Assembly (NCBI GenBank): GCA_040768745.1
Contig: JAXGMI010000001.1
Span: 576,001 to 640,000 of the forward strand
DNA from: Desulfomicrobium sp.
GTDB taxonomy: Bacteria; Desulfobacterota; Desulfovibrionia; Desulfovibrionales; Desulfomicrobiaceae
Direction: 5' to 3'
DNA length: 64,000 bases
Shown: in pieces, positions 1-10,891 of the stretch
Layout: the number at the start of each line of letters is the position of its first letter
Position numbering within the stretch: position 1 is the stretch's first letter
Program-made: the position numbers and the translations under genes
The notes under the pieces: generated by a model
What the model was told of the DNA's origin: nothing
Seen by the model: the letters and a program-made list of their open reading frames with translations, nothing else
Database searches by the model: none

Positions 1-236
1 GTCCAGGATGCGAAATCCGCCACGGCTGAGGGCCAGTGGGCATCCAGTCCGGCCAGAAAACGGGCCCCTGGCAGGGGAAAAATCCGGTCCACGTCACTGA
101 GCAGGGATGCCGCGCCCTGGAATGCGTCCAGACAGACCAGATCCACCCGGGATCCACGGGCCCGGAGGCCGCTCAATGCGGGCTGGGTCTGCAGCAAATC
201 GCCGAATCGAGTCAGATTGATGACTACGGTGCGCAT
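1..236 (-). CDS. Glycosyltransferase family 9 (heptosyltransferase-like) protein, N-terminal part; runs off the window start
   Basis: Manual translation from ATG at 236: MRTVVINLTRFGDLLQTQPALSGLRARGSRVDLVCLDAF..., open to position 1. The RxGD-type GT9 N-terminal motif is present. Not in the ORF track. Confidence 0.7.
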   Translation of the reverse strand, partial: MRTVVINLTRFGDLLQTQPALSGLRARGSRVDLVCLDAFQGAASLLSDVDRIFPLPGARFLAGLDAHWPSAVADFASW

Positions 237-247
237 GCCGTGGCGCT

Positions 248-263
248 AACAAAAGCCGTGCCA
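248..263 (-). promoter_or_regulatory. Candidate sigma54 (-24/-12) promoter for the GT9 gene
   Basis: Minus strand reads TGGCACGGCTTTTGTT: a perfect -24 box with GG-N10-GT instead of GG-N10-GC. Confidence 0.35.
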
Positions 264-406
264 GGACGCAGTCATGCCCAATGCATCTGGGGGACGTCGC
301 CTCGGGCCCGCACATCCGTGACCCGGGAAAACGCCTCCTTGACGGGGTGGGAGGCATCTCCTAGTCACACTCCCAGGGAGAACAAACACCATACAAGGAA
401 TCGTTC

Positions 407-1274
407 ATGTTTGCAGATTTTTTCCGTCCTGACCGGCTGGCCCTGGTGCACCGGCTTGTGGACCTGGCCCTGGACGAGGATGGCCGGGACCTGACCTCTG
501 AGGCCCTCTTCGAGAGGACATCCATTCTGCACGCGTCCATCGTGGCCAAGGAGGACTCCCTGGTCGTCGGACTGCCCCTGATCGCCATCATCCTGGAACG
601 CATGCACTGCTCCGAACACCGCATAACCCTGCTGGCCGCCGACGGGCAGGATGTCGTGCGCGGTCAGGAGGTGGCCCGCATCAGCGGCCCGGCCCCGGTC
701 CTGCTCAAGGCCGAGCGGGTGGTCATGAATTTCATCTGTCGCCTGTCAGGCGTGTCCAACGCCACCAGACGCTTCGTCCAGGCCGTGCAGGGAACGTCGG
801 TGCGTGTGCTGGACACCCGCAAGACTACCCCGGGGCACCGCTACCTGGAGAAATACGCCGTGCGCATGGGCGGTGGGCACAACCACCGCGCCAACTTGGA
901 AGAAATGCTCATGCTCAAGGACAACCATATCGATCAGGCCGGCTCCATCACCGCGGCCGTACAACGCCTTGGCCAAGCCTATGCCGTCTGCCCGCCCCTG
1001 GAAATCGAATGCCGGACGTTGGATCATGTCCGTGAAGCCGTGGGTCTCAATCCCCAGCGCATCATGCTCGACAACATGCCCCCCCAGCTTGCGGCCGAGG
1101 CCCTGCGGCTCATCCCCGGGCACATCGAGTCCGAGATCAGCGGCAACGTGACCCTGGCCACAATCCGCGGCCTGGCCGAACTCAGGCCGACCTTCATTTC
1201 TTCAGGCGCCATCACCCATTCCGCCATTGTCGCGGATTTCTCCATGCGCCTGGCCCCGGCACAAGGGAGGGAGC

Positions 1275-1282
<8 letters not shown>
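407..1282 (+). CDS. nadC: Nicotinate-nucleotide diphosphorylase (quinolinate phosphoribosyltransferase)
   Basis: Motifs LDTRKTTPG, GGGHNHR, MLKDNH, IMLDNM; first gene of the nad cluster. Confidence 0.97.
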
Positions 1283-2288
<1,006 letters not shown>

Positions 2289-2297
2289 GAGAATCAC

Positions 2298-3881
2298 ATG
2301 ACCGCCACACGCATCAAAACCGAAATCCTGATCATCGGCTCCGGCATTGCCGGCTGCACCGCGGCTCTCGGCCTGGCAGACAAGGGGCACGAGGTGACCC
2401 TGCTCTCCTCGGGCATGACCCTGGACAACGGGAACACCGCCTTGGCCCAGGGGGGGATCATCTACAAAGGCACGGACGACAGTCCGGAGCAGCTCGCCCG
2501 GGACATCTTCACCGCGGGATGGAACTACAACTACGAATCGGCCGTGCGCCACCTCTGCGAAGAGGGTCCAAAGGCCGTGGAGGAAATCCTCTTCGAGCGC
2601 GTGCATGTGCCCTTCGACCATACAGAGCATGGGGAACTGTACCGGACCAAGGAGGGCGGCCACGGCCTGCACCGGATTCTGACCTGCGCAGACTACACGG
2701 GCCGGGCCATCCAGGACTGCCTGACCAAGGCCGTGGAGTCCCATCCCAATATCCGCATCCTGCGCAGCTGCACGGCCATCGATCTCCTGGCCACACGCCA
2801 TCATTCCACCCAGATCGAATTCCGGTACCAGCTCGTGAACCAGTGCGTCGGGGCCTACGTGTTCAACGCGGAAACGGATGAACCCAACACGATTTTGGCC
2901 GATTACACGGTGCTTTGCACCGGCGGGCTGGGGCAGATATTCCTGCACACCACCAACTCCTCGTCCTCCATTGGGTCAGGAATGGCCATGGCCTACCGCG
3001 CCGGCGTGACCTTGATGAATCTGGAGTACATCCAGTTCCATCCCACTGCCCTTTTCCACCGCTCGGACCGCAAATTCCTCATTTCCGAGGCCGTACGCGG
3101 CGAGGGCGCCCGCCTGTTCAACATCAAGGGCGAACGCTTCATGGCCCGCTACGATGAGCGCATGGAACTCGCGCCCCGGGATATCGTGGCCCGGGCCATT
3201 GTCGATGAAATGCTGAAGACCGGCGAGGACTGCGTCTTTCTGGACGCGGCCAACTACGTGGACAAGAACCTGCGCAAGAGATTCCCGACCATCTACAAGA
3301 AGTGCAAAGAGAACGGGGTGGACATAACCAGGGAGCCCATTCCGGTCGTTCCGGCCGCCCACTATTTTTGCGGCGGAGTCCTGGTCGACAACCGCGGAAG
3401 GACGACCATGGACAGGCTCTACGCGGCCGGGGAGATTGCCTGCACCGGACTGCATGGGGCCAACCGGCTGGCCTCGTCCTCCCTGCTGGAAGGACTGCTC
3501 TGGGGCATGGGCACGGCCAAGGACATCCACCAATGCTACGACGAAGGGCAACGCCTGGACCAGCGTCTGCAGGACTCCATCCCCGACTGGGTCACCTCCG
3601 GCAAGACCGAAATGGAGGACCCCGCCCTCATCAACCAGGACTGGGCCACCATCCGCAGCACCATGTGGAACTACATGGGTATCGTGCGCACCACGTCTCG
3701 TCTGGAACGGGCCTTCGAGGACCTGCGCAACCTGAACAAACGGCTGCACTCCTTCTACAAGTCAATCCGCATCTGCAAGGAATCCGTGGACCTCTTTCAT
3801 GGATGTCAGACCGCCTATATTGTGACCACGGCGGCCCTGCGCAACAAGAACAGCCGCGGCTGCCATTTCCGGAAGGACTAG
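2298..3881 (+). CDS. nadB: L-aspartate oxidase
   Basis: FAD motif GSGIAG, plus AQGG, QFHPT, SEAVRGEG, HYFCGG, GLHGANRLAS, SRGCHFR. Confidence 0.96.
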   Translation: MTATRIKTEILIIGSGIAGCTAALGLADKGHEVTLLSSGMTLDNGNTALAQGGIIYKGTDDSPEQLARDIFTAGWNYNYESAVRHLCEEGPKAVEEILFERVHVPFDHTEHGELYRTKEGGHGLHRILTCADYTGRAIQDCLTKAVESHPNIRILRSCTAIDLLATRHHSTQIEFRYQLVNQCVGAYVFNAETDEPNTILADYTVLCTGGLGQIFLHTTNSSSSIGSGMAMAYRAGVTLMNLEYIQFHPTALFHRSDRKFLISEAVRGEGARLFNIKGERFMARYDERMELAPRDIVARAIVDEMLKTGEDCVFLDAANYVDKNLRKRFPTIYKKCKENGVDITREPIPVVPAAHYFCGGVLVDNRGRTTMDRLYAAGEIACTGLHGANRLASSSLLEGLLWGMGTAKDIHQCYDEGQRLDQRLQDSIPDWVTSGKTEMEDPALINQDWATIRSTMWNYMGIVRTTSRLERAFEDLRNLNKRLHSFYKSIRICKESVDLFHGCQTAYIVTTAALRNKNSRGCHFRKD

Positions 3882-5578
3882 GCTGGGCTGGACAGGGAGC
3901 TGGTCAACAGGTTCCTGAACCGGGCCAGCCCCTGCTCCGCCCTGAACGTTCCCAGAACCTCCACGCCCGTGGTCTGGATCCAGGCCACCAGGACGCCCAG
4001 GCTGACCAGGTTGCGCTGCAGCAAAACATCCTTCTCCCCCACCCGCAACGCCTCCAGGTAATCCCCGCACGAAGACACTGCGAAGCCCTCTCCCTCCAGC
4101 ACGAGGCGCATGATCTCGAGCCGGCGCGCCCGCGCGGCCTTGTCCCCATTCCCGCCCTTGAAGCGGAAGTGGACGTATTTTTCGACCCCATCCTCGCACC
4201 GGCACTCGGCCACATAGAGGTTCTGGCCCAGGCGCAGGGTGCAGTGCATGAAAAACTGGGACAGCACGGCATAACTGCTGGAATGGGGCATGTCCCCTTC
4301 TTCGTCCCGCCTGGCCCCTGCCCAGAGGATGTCCGGGCAGGTCAGCCCCAGCAGCAGGGACCAGGCCGGAATGGAACGCACATCCTCCACGGTGATGACA
4401 CTGCGCTCCGCTGCCGAGGGGAAGAGCCCGCCCCCGAGGTTGAAGGTGTTGATGACCACGGGGATCTCCAGACGCATCTGCTTGATCCCGGCCAGACCCC
4501 GGGCCGGAAGGCCGGCAAAGGCGAAAATCTGGGACAGGCCCCGTTCCAGGCACAGACACACAAGGTCGTGCAGGGAACGGCAGTGCTTCTGACTCAGGAT
4601 CAGCCCCTGGGCCTGGAAGACGTGCAGCTGGGTCACCCGGGGCAGGACCTGCTCCAGGCGCCGTACAAGGGCCGTGGCATCGGGGATGCACGGCAACGGC
4701 GAGGCCGGCAGCGGCTCCACCTGCCCTGCGGGGGTGGCCACCACGGCGAACAGCTCTTCGCCGTCGGCCATGCCCAGGGACAGTCGACCGCACAGAGCCG
4801 GGATGGAGAATTTGCAGGCGGCCGCTTTCTTCCAGGCGTCGACAACCCCCAGGGGCCGGACCGCTTGCTGCTGGCCGATGAGGCGCCAGGTGCTCCCGGA
4901 ACCCGTGAATGCCCACAGGTCCAGGAGCCCTCCCTTGGGGGCCAGTTCCACGGCCGCGATCTCCAGCTCGTCCTCCAGGAGCTGCGGCAGCCGGCCGGCC
5001 TGGATCAATTCCCCGGCCTGCCGGACTGGGCCTTTGGCATCGGGGCATAACCCCAGATCCAGCTCGCGCAGCACGGCATCGAGCTGCGGACGCAGGTCAT
5101 TGGCCTCCACGAAATACGCGTAGAGCGCAGGCATGACGGCCAGGGCCGGAGAGCGTCCCCCGGGAGCCACCAGATGGTCCGGCACCCACTTCAATGCCGC
5201 AGGCCCCTTCAGCAGGGAGAAGGGCACCAGATACGGGGGGGCGGCCGGAACATCCGTCTGGTCCGTGGCCAGGCGGGCATAAAACCCGAGCTTGGCGGAC
5301 CATTCGTGCACGTCCATGAACTCCACCGGGTTCATGATCCGGAGTTGCTCCACGAGGTTGGCAATGACCCCGATCAGCCTGGCCACCAGGTCTGTGACCC
5401 GGCACCAGTCCACCACCGAGCGGCCACCGGCCAGTTCCTCCACCTGGGCGAGCAGTTCGAGGCTCTGGCCCGTCTGGCGCTGCATGGCACTGAAGGCGTT
5501 GTATTTCCGGCGCGGGATGGATCCAGGCGCGAACGACTCGAAGGTCCAGTGGGAAAAAAGCTCGAATTCGCGCATCAT
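3878..5578 (-). CDS. PEP synthase/pyruvate phosphate dikinase-related protein of unknown function
   Basis: Long ORF with probable start MMREFELF. The segments CRSLHDLV and YVHFRFKGG resemble Desulfovibrionales PEP-synthase-related proteins (family recognition only). Confidence 0.55.
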   Translation of the reverse strand: MMREFELFSHWTFESFAPGSIPRRKYNAFSAMQRQTGQSLELLAQVEELAGGRSVVDWCRVTDLVARLIGVIANLVEQLRIMNPVEFMDVHEWSAKLGFYARLATDQTDVPAAPPYLVPFSLLKGPAALKWVPDHLVAPGGRSPALAVMPALYAYFVEANDLRPQLDAVLRELDLGLCPDAKGPVRQAGELIQAGRLPQLLEDELEIAAVELAPKGGLLDLWAFTGSGSTWRLIGQQQAVRPLGVVDAWKKAAACKFSIPALCGRLSLGMADGEELFAVVATPAGQVEPLPASPLPCIPDATALVRRLEQVLPRVTQLHVFQAQGLILSQKHCRSLHDLVCLCLERGLSQIFAFAGLPARGLAGIKQMRLEIPVVINTFNLGGGLFPSAAERSVITVEDVRSIPAWSLLLGLTCPDILWAGARRDEEGDMPHSSSYAVLSQFFMHCTLRLGQNLYVAECRCEDGVEKYVHFRFKGGNGDKAARARRLEIMRLVLEGEGFAVSSCGDYLEALRVGEKDVLLQRNLVSLGVLVAWIQTTGVEVLGTFRAEQGLARFRNLLTSSLSSPA

Positions 5579-5672
5579 GGCATGCCCCCCTCCGAAGCCG
5601 GCCCAAACCTGCGCGGGGGCGATATTTTCGGGTTTTCCCCGGCTGTCGTGGCCCGACGCCGACGCGATACCG

Positions 5673-6332
5673 TCATGGCTGGCCCTTGTCTTCGGTGGTG
5701 TCCGGGGGCGGAGCATCCTGTGTCGACTCTGACGCATCCTGGTCCGGCGAAGGTTTGAGCAGGTCCACGAAGGGGACCATTTCCGTGCCGTCGCCATGTC
5801 TGGTCCAGGCCAGGATGCGCTGGTAGAACGGGAAGCAGCGCATGGCCTTGCCGTAGAGAATACGCGCGGCGATATATACGGGAATGAAAAAGAACGGATA
5901 CGCCACACTCTGGCCCACGCCGGGGAGCGAGAACGGAAGGGCCAGGGGGATTCCCCCGAAACGCAGCTCCATCCAGGCCATGGCGAAGGGCACGGGCCAG
6001 ATGGACAGGGTGAACGCCCCGGCCTGGCTGAAAAAATACTTCCCGAAGGCCTCGTGGGCCTGCTTGTTGACCGCCTTGTACGCCTCCTTGTCGGCGTGGC
6101 GCAGGGCCCGCACCGAAAGGTTGTGGTGGCGGACCATCTCGTCGCGATACCGGCCGTAGAGATTGCGGTTCAGCCTGCGGGCCAGCTGCGAGGTGACATC
6201 ACCCATGATCACGCAGATCAGATTGAGGACAGAGATCCCGAGGAAAAAGCCGACCCACGGGTCGTCCACCAGGCGGAAGGCCCAGATGATGAAGGGATCC
6301 AGGGCCAGGATGAAATTGCGGAGGATATCCAT
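5673..6332 (-). CDS. Conserved hypothetical membrane protein
   Basis: Probable start MDILRNFILALDP; three hydrophobic segments; co-oriented with the TauE gene. Confidence 0.7.
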   Translation of the reverse strand: MDILRNFILALDPFIIWAFRLVDDPWVGFFLGISVLNLICVIMGDVTSQLARRLNRNLYGRYRDEMVRHHNLSVRALRHADKEAYKAVNKQAHEAFGKYFFSQAGAFTLSIWPVPFAMAWMELRFGGIPLALPFSLPGVGQSVAYPFFFIPVYIAARILYGKAMRCFPFYQRILAWTRHGDGTEMVPFVDLLKPSPDQDASESTQDAPPPDTTEDKGQP

Positions 6333-6521
6333 ACCGTTATAAATCCTTGCAGAAGATCTGCCGCGGGGCGTTACGCGGCCCACGGAACAGGCCGGCTCAG
6401 ACCGTTTTCGAGGCACTTTGGGTTCGGGGACTGTGCCCGGTAGTGCGTGCCCACCGGTCGTCCATGGCCTCTCCCGTCCCCCTATCCCAGTCTGCCGGTC
6501 TTGAGCAATTCCGGAGAGGGC

Positions 6522-6553
6522 AAAAAAAAGGCCCCGGCGCGAACCGGGGCCTT
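6522..6553 (-). terminator. Rho-independent terminator after the TauE gene
   Basis: Hairpin aaggccccgg-cgcgaa-ccggggcctt with an A-run on + (U-tract on -). Confidence 0.75.
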
Positions 6554-6581
6554 GTCCAGAACCCTCTGCCAGCCAGTGCGG

Positions 6582-8048
6582 CTAGCCGAACATGCGGATA
6601 TCGAAGAAGCCCCGCAGGACGTAATCGATGCCCACGTAGAAGGCCAGTACGATGAAGAGGCGCTTCAGCCAGGTATCCGAGAAGTACTTGGACGTGTATG
6701 GGCCGACGATGGAGCCGATGGCCACACCGACCATCTCCGTGCCGATCAGGGCCCAGTCTATGGTCGTGCCCTTGGTCATCAGGGTCAGGATGCTGGTGAT
6801 CATGCTGATCAGAACGGCCAGGGCGGAGGTGCCGGCAGCCAGGTACATGGGCAGCTGCGAAATGGCGGTCAGGAAGGGGACCAGCAGGAAGCCGCCGCCG
6901 ACGCCCAGGAAGGCGGCCACAGCGGAGATGACCACGCCGCCGATGATGGGCAGCAGGGGGTTGAAGCTGAACTGGACTCCGCAGAAGGTGAAGTCAACCT
7001 TGCCGAGGCTCATGCCAAGGATCTTCACGCCTGTCGGGGCCGGAGCTCCGCCGGTCTTCTGGGCCTTGACCGCAGCCTCGAATGCCTTGGCAGCTTCCTT
7101 GGCCTTGCTTTTCTTGGCCTGGCCCGCCGCCGAGGTGTCCCAGAACAGGAAGCAGCCCAATCCCAGGACGAAAAGTCCGAACCAGCCCTGGTACTGGGAG
7201 AAGGACACCTTGCCGGCCGTCAGAGTGGCCGAACCCCAGGCGCCCAGCAGGGAGCCCAGACCCAGGGCCAGGGCCAGGGGTAATACCAGGCGGCCCATCT
7301 TGCCGTAGTTGATGGAGGTGATCAATGCGGACAGACCGACCAGGAACTGGTTGGAGGCGCGGATGGAGTCCGTCACGTTCTTGTTCAGCTCAGGGGCGGT
7401 GGTCTTGAAGGTCTTGGCATACGCACCCAGGCCGAAAACCGTCATGTGGCCGACACCAGCCATGACGCCGCCGAAAGCGCCGACAGTGGAGAAAATCCAG
7501 CCTACCCAGATGGCCCAGATCAGGGCCAGGATGATGTTGACCTGCGGTGCTCCAGCAATGCCGAGAAAGCCCGCGGGCTTGGAGGGATCGATCTGGCCCT
7601 TTTCCGTGCCCACCGGGGCCTTGGCAATGGCCTGCTGCAGTTTGCTGCCGGTAGCCGCTGCCTTGGGGGCCTGGGCGGCAGGGGCAACGGCGTCAGAAGC
7701 CTTCTGGGCCGCTGCGGAGGCTGCTTCGGACGCCTTTTCCGCCGCAGGCTTGACCGCCTCGGTGGTCTTTTCCACGGCAGTGGAGGCTGCCTCGGAAGCC
7801 TTTTCCGCCGCAGGCTTGACCGCCTCGGTGGTCTTTTCCACGGCAGTGGACACCGCCTCGGAAGCCTTTTCCACCGCAGGCTTGACCGCCTCGGTGGTCT
7901 TTTCCACGGCAGTGGACACCGCCTCGGAAGCCTTTTCCACCGCAGCGGCGGCGGGTGCGGAAGCGTTGTCCTGGGCCCACACGGGCATCACTGCGCTGGC
8001 CAGCAGAAGAAGAATTGTTGCAACGGCAAGGTGCAAACGTTTTGACAT
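6582..8048 (-). CDS. Sulfite exporter TauE/SafE family protein with signal peptide and repetitive N-terminal extension
   Basis: Motifs STVGAFGG, LGVGGGFLLVP, AAGTS; multiple TM helices; signal peptide ending VWA. Confidence 0.85.
   Translation of the reverse strand: MSKRLHLAVATILLLLASAVMPVWAQDNASAPAAAAVEKASEAVSTAVEKTTEAVKPAVEKASEAVSTAVEKTTEAVKPAAEKASEAASTAVEKTTEAVKPAAEKASEAASAAAQKASDAVAPAAQAPKAAATGSKLQQAIAKAPVGTEKGQIDPSKPAGFLGIAGAPQVNIILALIWAIWVGWIFSTVGAFGGVMAGVGHMTVFGLGAYAKTFKTTAPELNKNVTDSIRASNQFLVGLSALITSINYGKMGRLVLPLALALGLGSLLGAWGSATLTAGKVSFSQYQGWFGLFVLGLGCFLFWDTSAAGQAKKSKAKEAAKAFEAAVKAQKTGGAPAPTGVKILGMSLGKVDFTFCGVQFSFNPLLPIIGGVVISAVAAFLGVGGGFLLVPFLTAISQLPMYLAAGTSALAVLISMITSILTLMTKGTTIDWALIGTEMVGVAIGSIVGPYTSKYFSDTWLKRLFIVLAFYVGIDYVLRGFFDIRMFG
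7716..7945 (-). repeat. 66-bp (22-aa) in-frame tandem repeat, about 3.5 copies
   Basis: gccttttcc recurs at 7732, 7798, 7864, 7930; protein unit AVEKASEAVSTAVEKTTEAVKP. Confidence 0.95.
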
Positions 8049-8332
8049 AAACCCTCCCTTTCGTACCCGGTTGAAAATAAACATTTTTTTAAATTCAGGT
8101 CATGTATCCCCGGGCGGATCCGGCCTGTTGCGCCCGGAGGAATGGCGGCTGATAGCATTTTTCAGAACAAAAAGGCAAACCATGAATGAGGGAGCGGTGG
8201 TTTGATCTTTTCGTCACGTTTTTCACCAGGCAAACCCCAGTTTCCGGCGTGAGGGGGAAGGAATTGCGTTCAAAATTTCACAAGAGAGGCCGTGGACATG
8301 CCCGCCAGGGCCGGAACACAGGAAGGTCCTGA

Positions 8333-9514
8333 TCAGCAGGCCCGGTCCGGATCGGCGCCTCCGCACAGGGCCAGGGCGGTCAGGGCGGCAACGCCGTAGG
8401 GGAAACACCCCTCGTCAGGGTTGAAGCAGGCGTTGTGCAGACCGCCCGAACCGTCCGGCCCCTGCAGGCCACAGCCCAGGAAGAAGAAACAGCCGGGTCT
8501 GAACTGCAGATAGTAGGAAAAGTCCTCCCCGGCCATGGTTGGGAGAATGTGGCTGTCTATCTCCATGCCCGCCCCGCGCACGGCCTGCACCAGGCTCTGC
8601 ACGCTTCCGGCATGGTTCACCAAAACCGGGAACCCCTGCACATACTCCAGGCTGGCCGCTGTCCCTGTTGAACTGCTCACCGCATCGGTCAGACGCGCCA
8701 TTTCTCCGCGCACCAGCGCGCCCACGTCGTCCGCAAGGGTGCGGACCGTGCCCTGCAGGAAAACCGTCTCCGGAATGATATTGTAGGCCGTGCCGGCGTG
8801 GAACCTGGTCACACTGAGCACCGCCGGTTCCAGGGGCGAAACGCGACGCGAAACGATGGACTGCAGCTCACAGACCAGGCGGCTCGCCGCAAGGACGGGA
8901 TCCACGCAGAGGTGCGGAGCCGAGGCGTGCCCACCCTTGCCGGTCAGGATGATGGTGAAGACGTCCGGCCGGGCCATGAGCGCCCCGGTGCGGGTCCCGA
9001 TCCAACCCACCGGCTTTCCCGGCCAAAGATGCAGGCCGAAAATTTCATCCACCCTGTCGAGGCAGCCAGCCTCTATCATGGCCTGCGCTCCACCGGGGTG
9101 GTTTTCCTCGTTGGGCTGGAACAGGAAACGCACATCCCCCCGCAGCCGGCTTTTCCGGGCGGCCAGCAGGCGGGCCGCACCGAGAAGCATGGCCACATGG
9201 GCGTCGTGACCGCACATGTGGCCATGGCCGGGGATCTCGGAGGCAAAATCGAGCCCGGTTTCCTCCTGCATGGGCAGGGCGTCCATGTCTGCCCGCAGGG
9301 CGATGCGGGCCCCCCGCCCCCCCCTCAGATCGGCCACGATGCCGCCGCCCACGTCCTCGCGAACCAGCAGCGGCAGGTTCCGCAGTTCCCGCAGGATCAG
9401 TGCCCTGGTCCGGGGCAGGTCTGTCCCGGTTTCCGGGAACCGGTGCAGCTCCCTGCGGATGGCCCGCACGTATTCCAGATCCGCCTGGCATTGGGCCAGC
9501 AGTCCCGTGGTCAT
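8333..9514 (-). CDS. M20 family amidohydrolase (M20D)
   Basis: Motifs RELHRFPE, ALRADMDALP, HMCGHDAH, FQPNEE, GKGGHA, GEDFS. Confidence 0.92.
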   Translation of the reverse strand: MTTGLLAQCQADLEYVRAIRRELHRFPETGTDLPRTRALILRELRNLPLLVREDVGGGIVADLRGGRGARIALRADMDALPMQEETGLDFASEIPGHGHMCGHDAHVAMLLGAARLLAARKSRLRGDVRFLFQPNEENHPGGAQAMIEAGCLDRVDEIFGLHLWPGKPVGWIGTRTGALMARPDVFTIILTGKGGHASAPHLCVDPVLAASRLVCELQSIVSRRVSPLEPAVLSVTRFHAGTAYNIIPETVFLQGTVRTLADDVGALVRGEMARLTDAVSSSTGTAASLEYVQGFPVLVNHAGSVQSLVQAVRGAGMEIDSHILPTMAGEDFSYYLQFRPGCFFFLGCGLQGPDGSGGLHNACFNPDEGCFPYGVAALTALALCGGADPDRAC

Positions 9515-9709
9515 TGAGCCCCCTGTCCTGGAAAGTATGGCGACCGCCCGGTCTCGCGAGCAGTGGGCACACACTGAACGCTTTGCAAATGTAAATCAAG
9601 GACCGGCGCGGCGCAGTGGGCGGCATTGTCATTCCTTTCGTATTCTAGTAAAAATTATCTGTTTTGCGCATGTCAACATAACCATCACACGCCAGCGCAA
9701 GGAGATACC

Positions 9710-10891
9710 ATGCGATTTCTCGACGAAATGACCGTGAGCGGCAAAAGGGTCCTCATCCGCGTGGACTATAACGTGCCCCTGAAGGGCGATGTCATAGTGG
9801 ACGACAACCGCATCAAGCAGAGCCTTCCGACCTTGAACCTGGCCCTGGACCGCGGGGCCTCCCTGGTCATCTGCTCCCACCTGGGCCGTCCCAAAGGGGC
9901 ACCCGACCCGGCATTCTCCCTCAAACCGGTGGCCGCCCGACTGTCCGAGCTGCTGGGCCGGCAGGTCGTCATGGCCCCGGACTGCATCGGCCCCCAGGTC
10001 CAGGCCATGGCCCAAAGCCTTGCCCCAGGCCAGGTCCTGCTCCTGGAAAACCTGCGCTTCCACCCCGGAGAAACCAAGAACGACCCGGATTTCAGCCGCG
10101 AACTGGCGGGACTGGGCCAGGTCTATGTCAACGATGCCTTTGGCGCCTCGCACCGGGCCCATGCCTCTGTGGTGGGCGTGACCGAATTCATCGACGACTG
10201 CTGCGGCGGGTTGCTGCTCAAAAAGGAATGGCAATACCTCGGCGAGGCCCTCAAAGACCCGCAACGGCCTTTTGCCGCCATCATCGGGGGGGCCAAGGTC
10301 TCCTCCAAACTCGGCATCCTGAAGGCCCTCATGGACAAGGTCGATTCCATGATCGTGGGCGGGGCCATGGCCAACACGTTCCGCAAGGCCCAGGGCTTCG
10401 AAGTGGGCAAATCCCTGGTGGAGGATGAGCTCCTCGAGGACGCCATGGCCATCATGGTCGAGGCCCGGGAAAAAGGCGTCAAGTTCTATCTGCCAGTGGA
10501 CTTCATCCTCGGCACGGATCCCAAGGGCGGAATCGCCTCGGGCGTGCGCACCTACCAGGACATCCCGGCCGGCGAGATGATCCTCGACACCGGCCCGGCC
10601 TCGCACACCCTCTTTGCCGAAGTGATCAAGAACGCCAAGACCGTGATCTGGAACGGCCCCATGGGCGCCTTCGAAAACCCGGCCTTTGCCCAGGGCTCCA
10701 TCAACCTCTGCCGCGTTGTGGCCGCCCTTGACGCCATGACCATTCTGGGCGGGGGCGACACCAACGTCATTGTGGAACAAACCGGCCTGACGGACAAATT
10801 CTCCTTCATTTCCACTGGCGGCGGGTCCTTCCTGGAATTTCTGGAGGGCAAGGAAATGCCGGCCTTCACCGCCCTGGAGAAGAAGTCATGA
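9710..10891 (+). CDS. pgk: Phosphoglycerate kinase
   Basis: Motifs RVDYNVP, SHLGRP, LLENLRF, NDAFG, GGAKVS, ISTGGGS; AAGGAG RBS. Confidence 0.98.
   Translation: MRFLDEMTVSGKRVLIRVDYNVPLKGDVIVDDNRIKQSLPTLNLALDRGASLVICSHLGRPKGAPDPAFSLKPVAARLSELLGRQVVMAPDCIGPQVQAMAQSLAPGQVLLLENLRFHPGETKNDPDFSRELAGLGQVYVNDAFGASHRAHASVVGVTEFIDDCCGGLLLKKEWQYLGEALKDPQRPFAAIIGGAKVSSKLGILKALMDKVDSMIVGGAMANTFRKAQGFEVGKSLVEDELLEDAMAIMVEAREKGVKFYLPVDFILGTDPKGGIASGVRTYQDIPAGEMILDTGPASHTLFAEVIKNAKTVIWNGPMGAFENPAFAQGSINLCRVVAALDAMTILGGGDTNVIVEQTGLTDKFSFISTGGGSFLEFLEGKEMPAFTALEKKS

Noticed and set aside
3302..5050. 582-aa plus-strand ORF and other long alternative-frame ORFs (e.g. 37006-38391, 53368-54807, 21002-22429)
   Set aside because: Shadow ORFs overlapping well-supported genes in GC-rich DNA, with no motifs
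7716..7945. 66-bp periodicity resembling a CRISPR repeat-spacer unit
   Set aside because: The whole unit is repeated with no unique spacers, and it is in frame within a CDS
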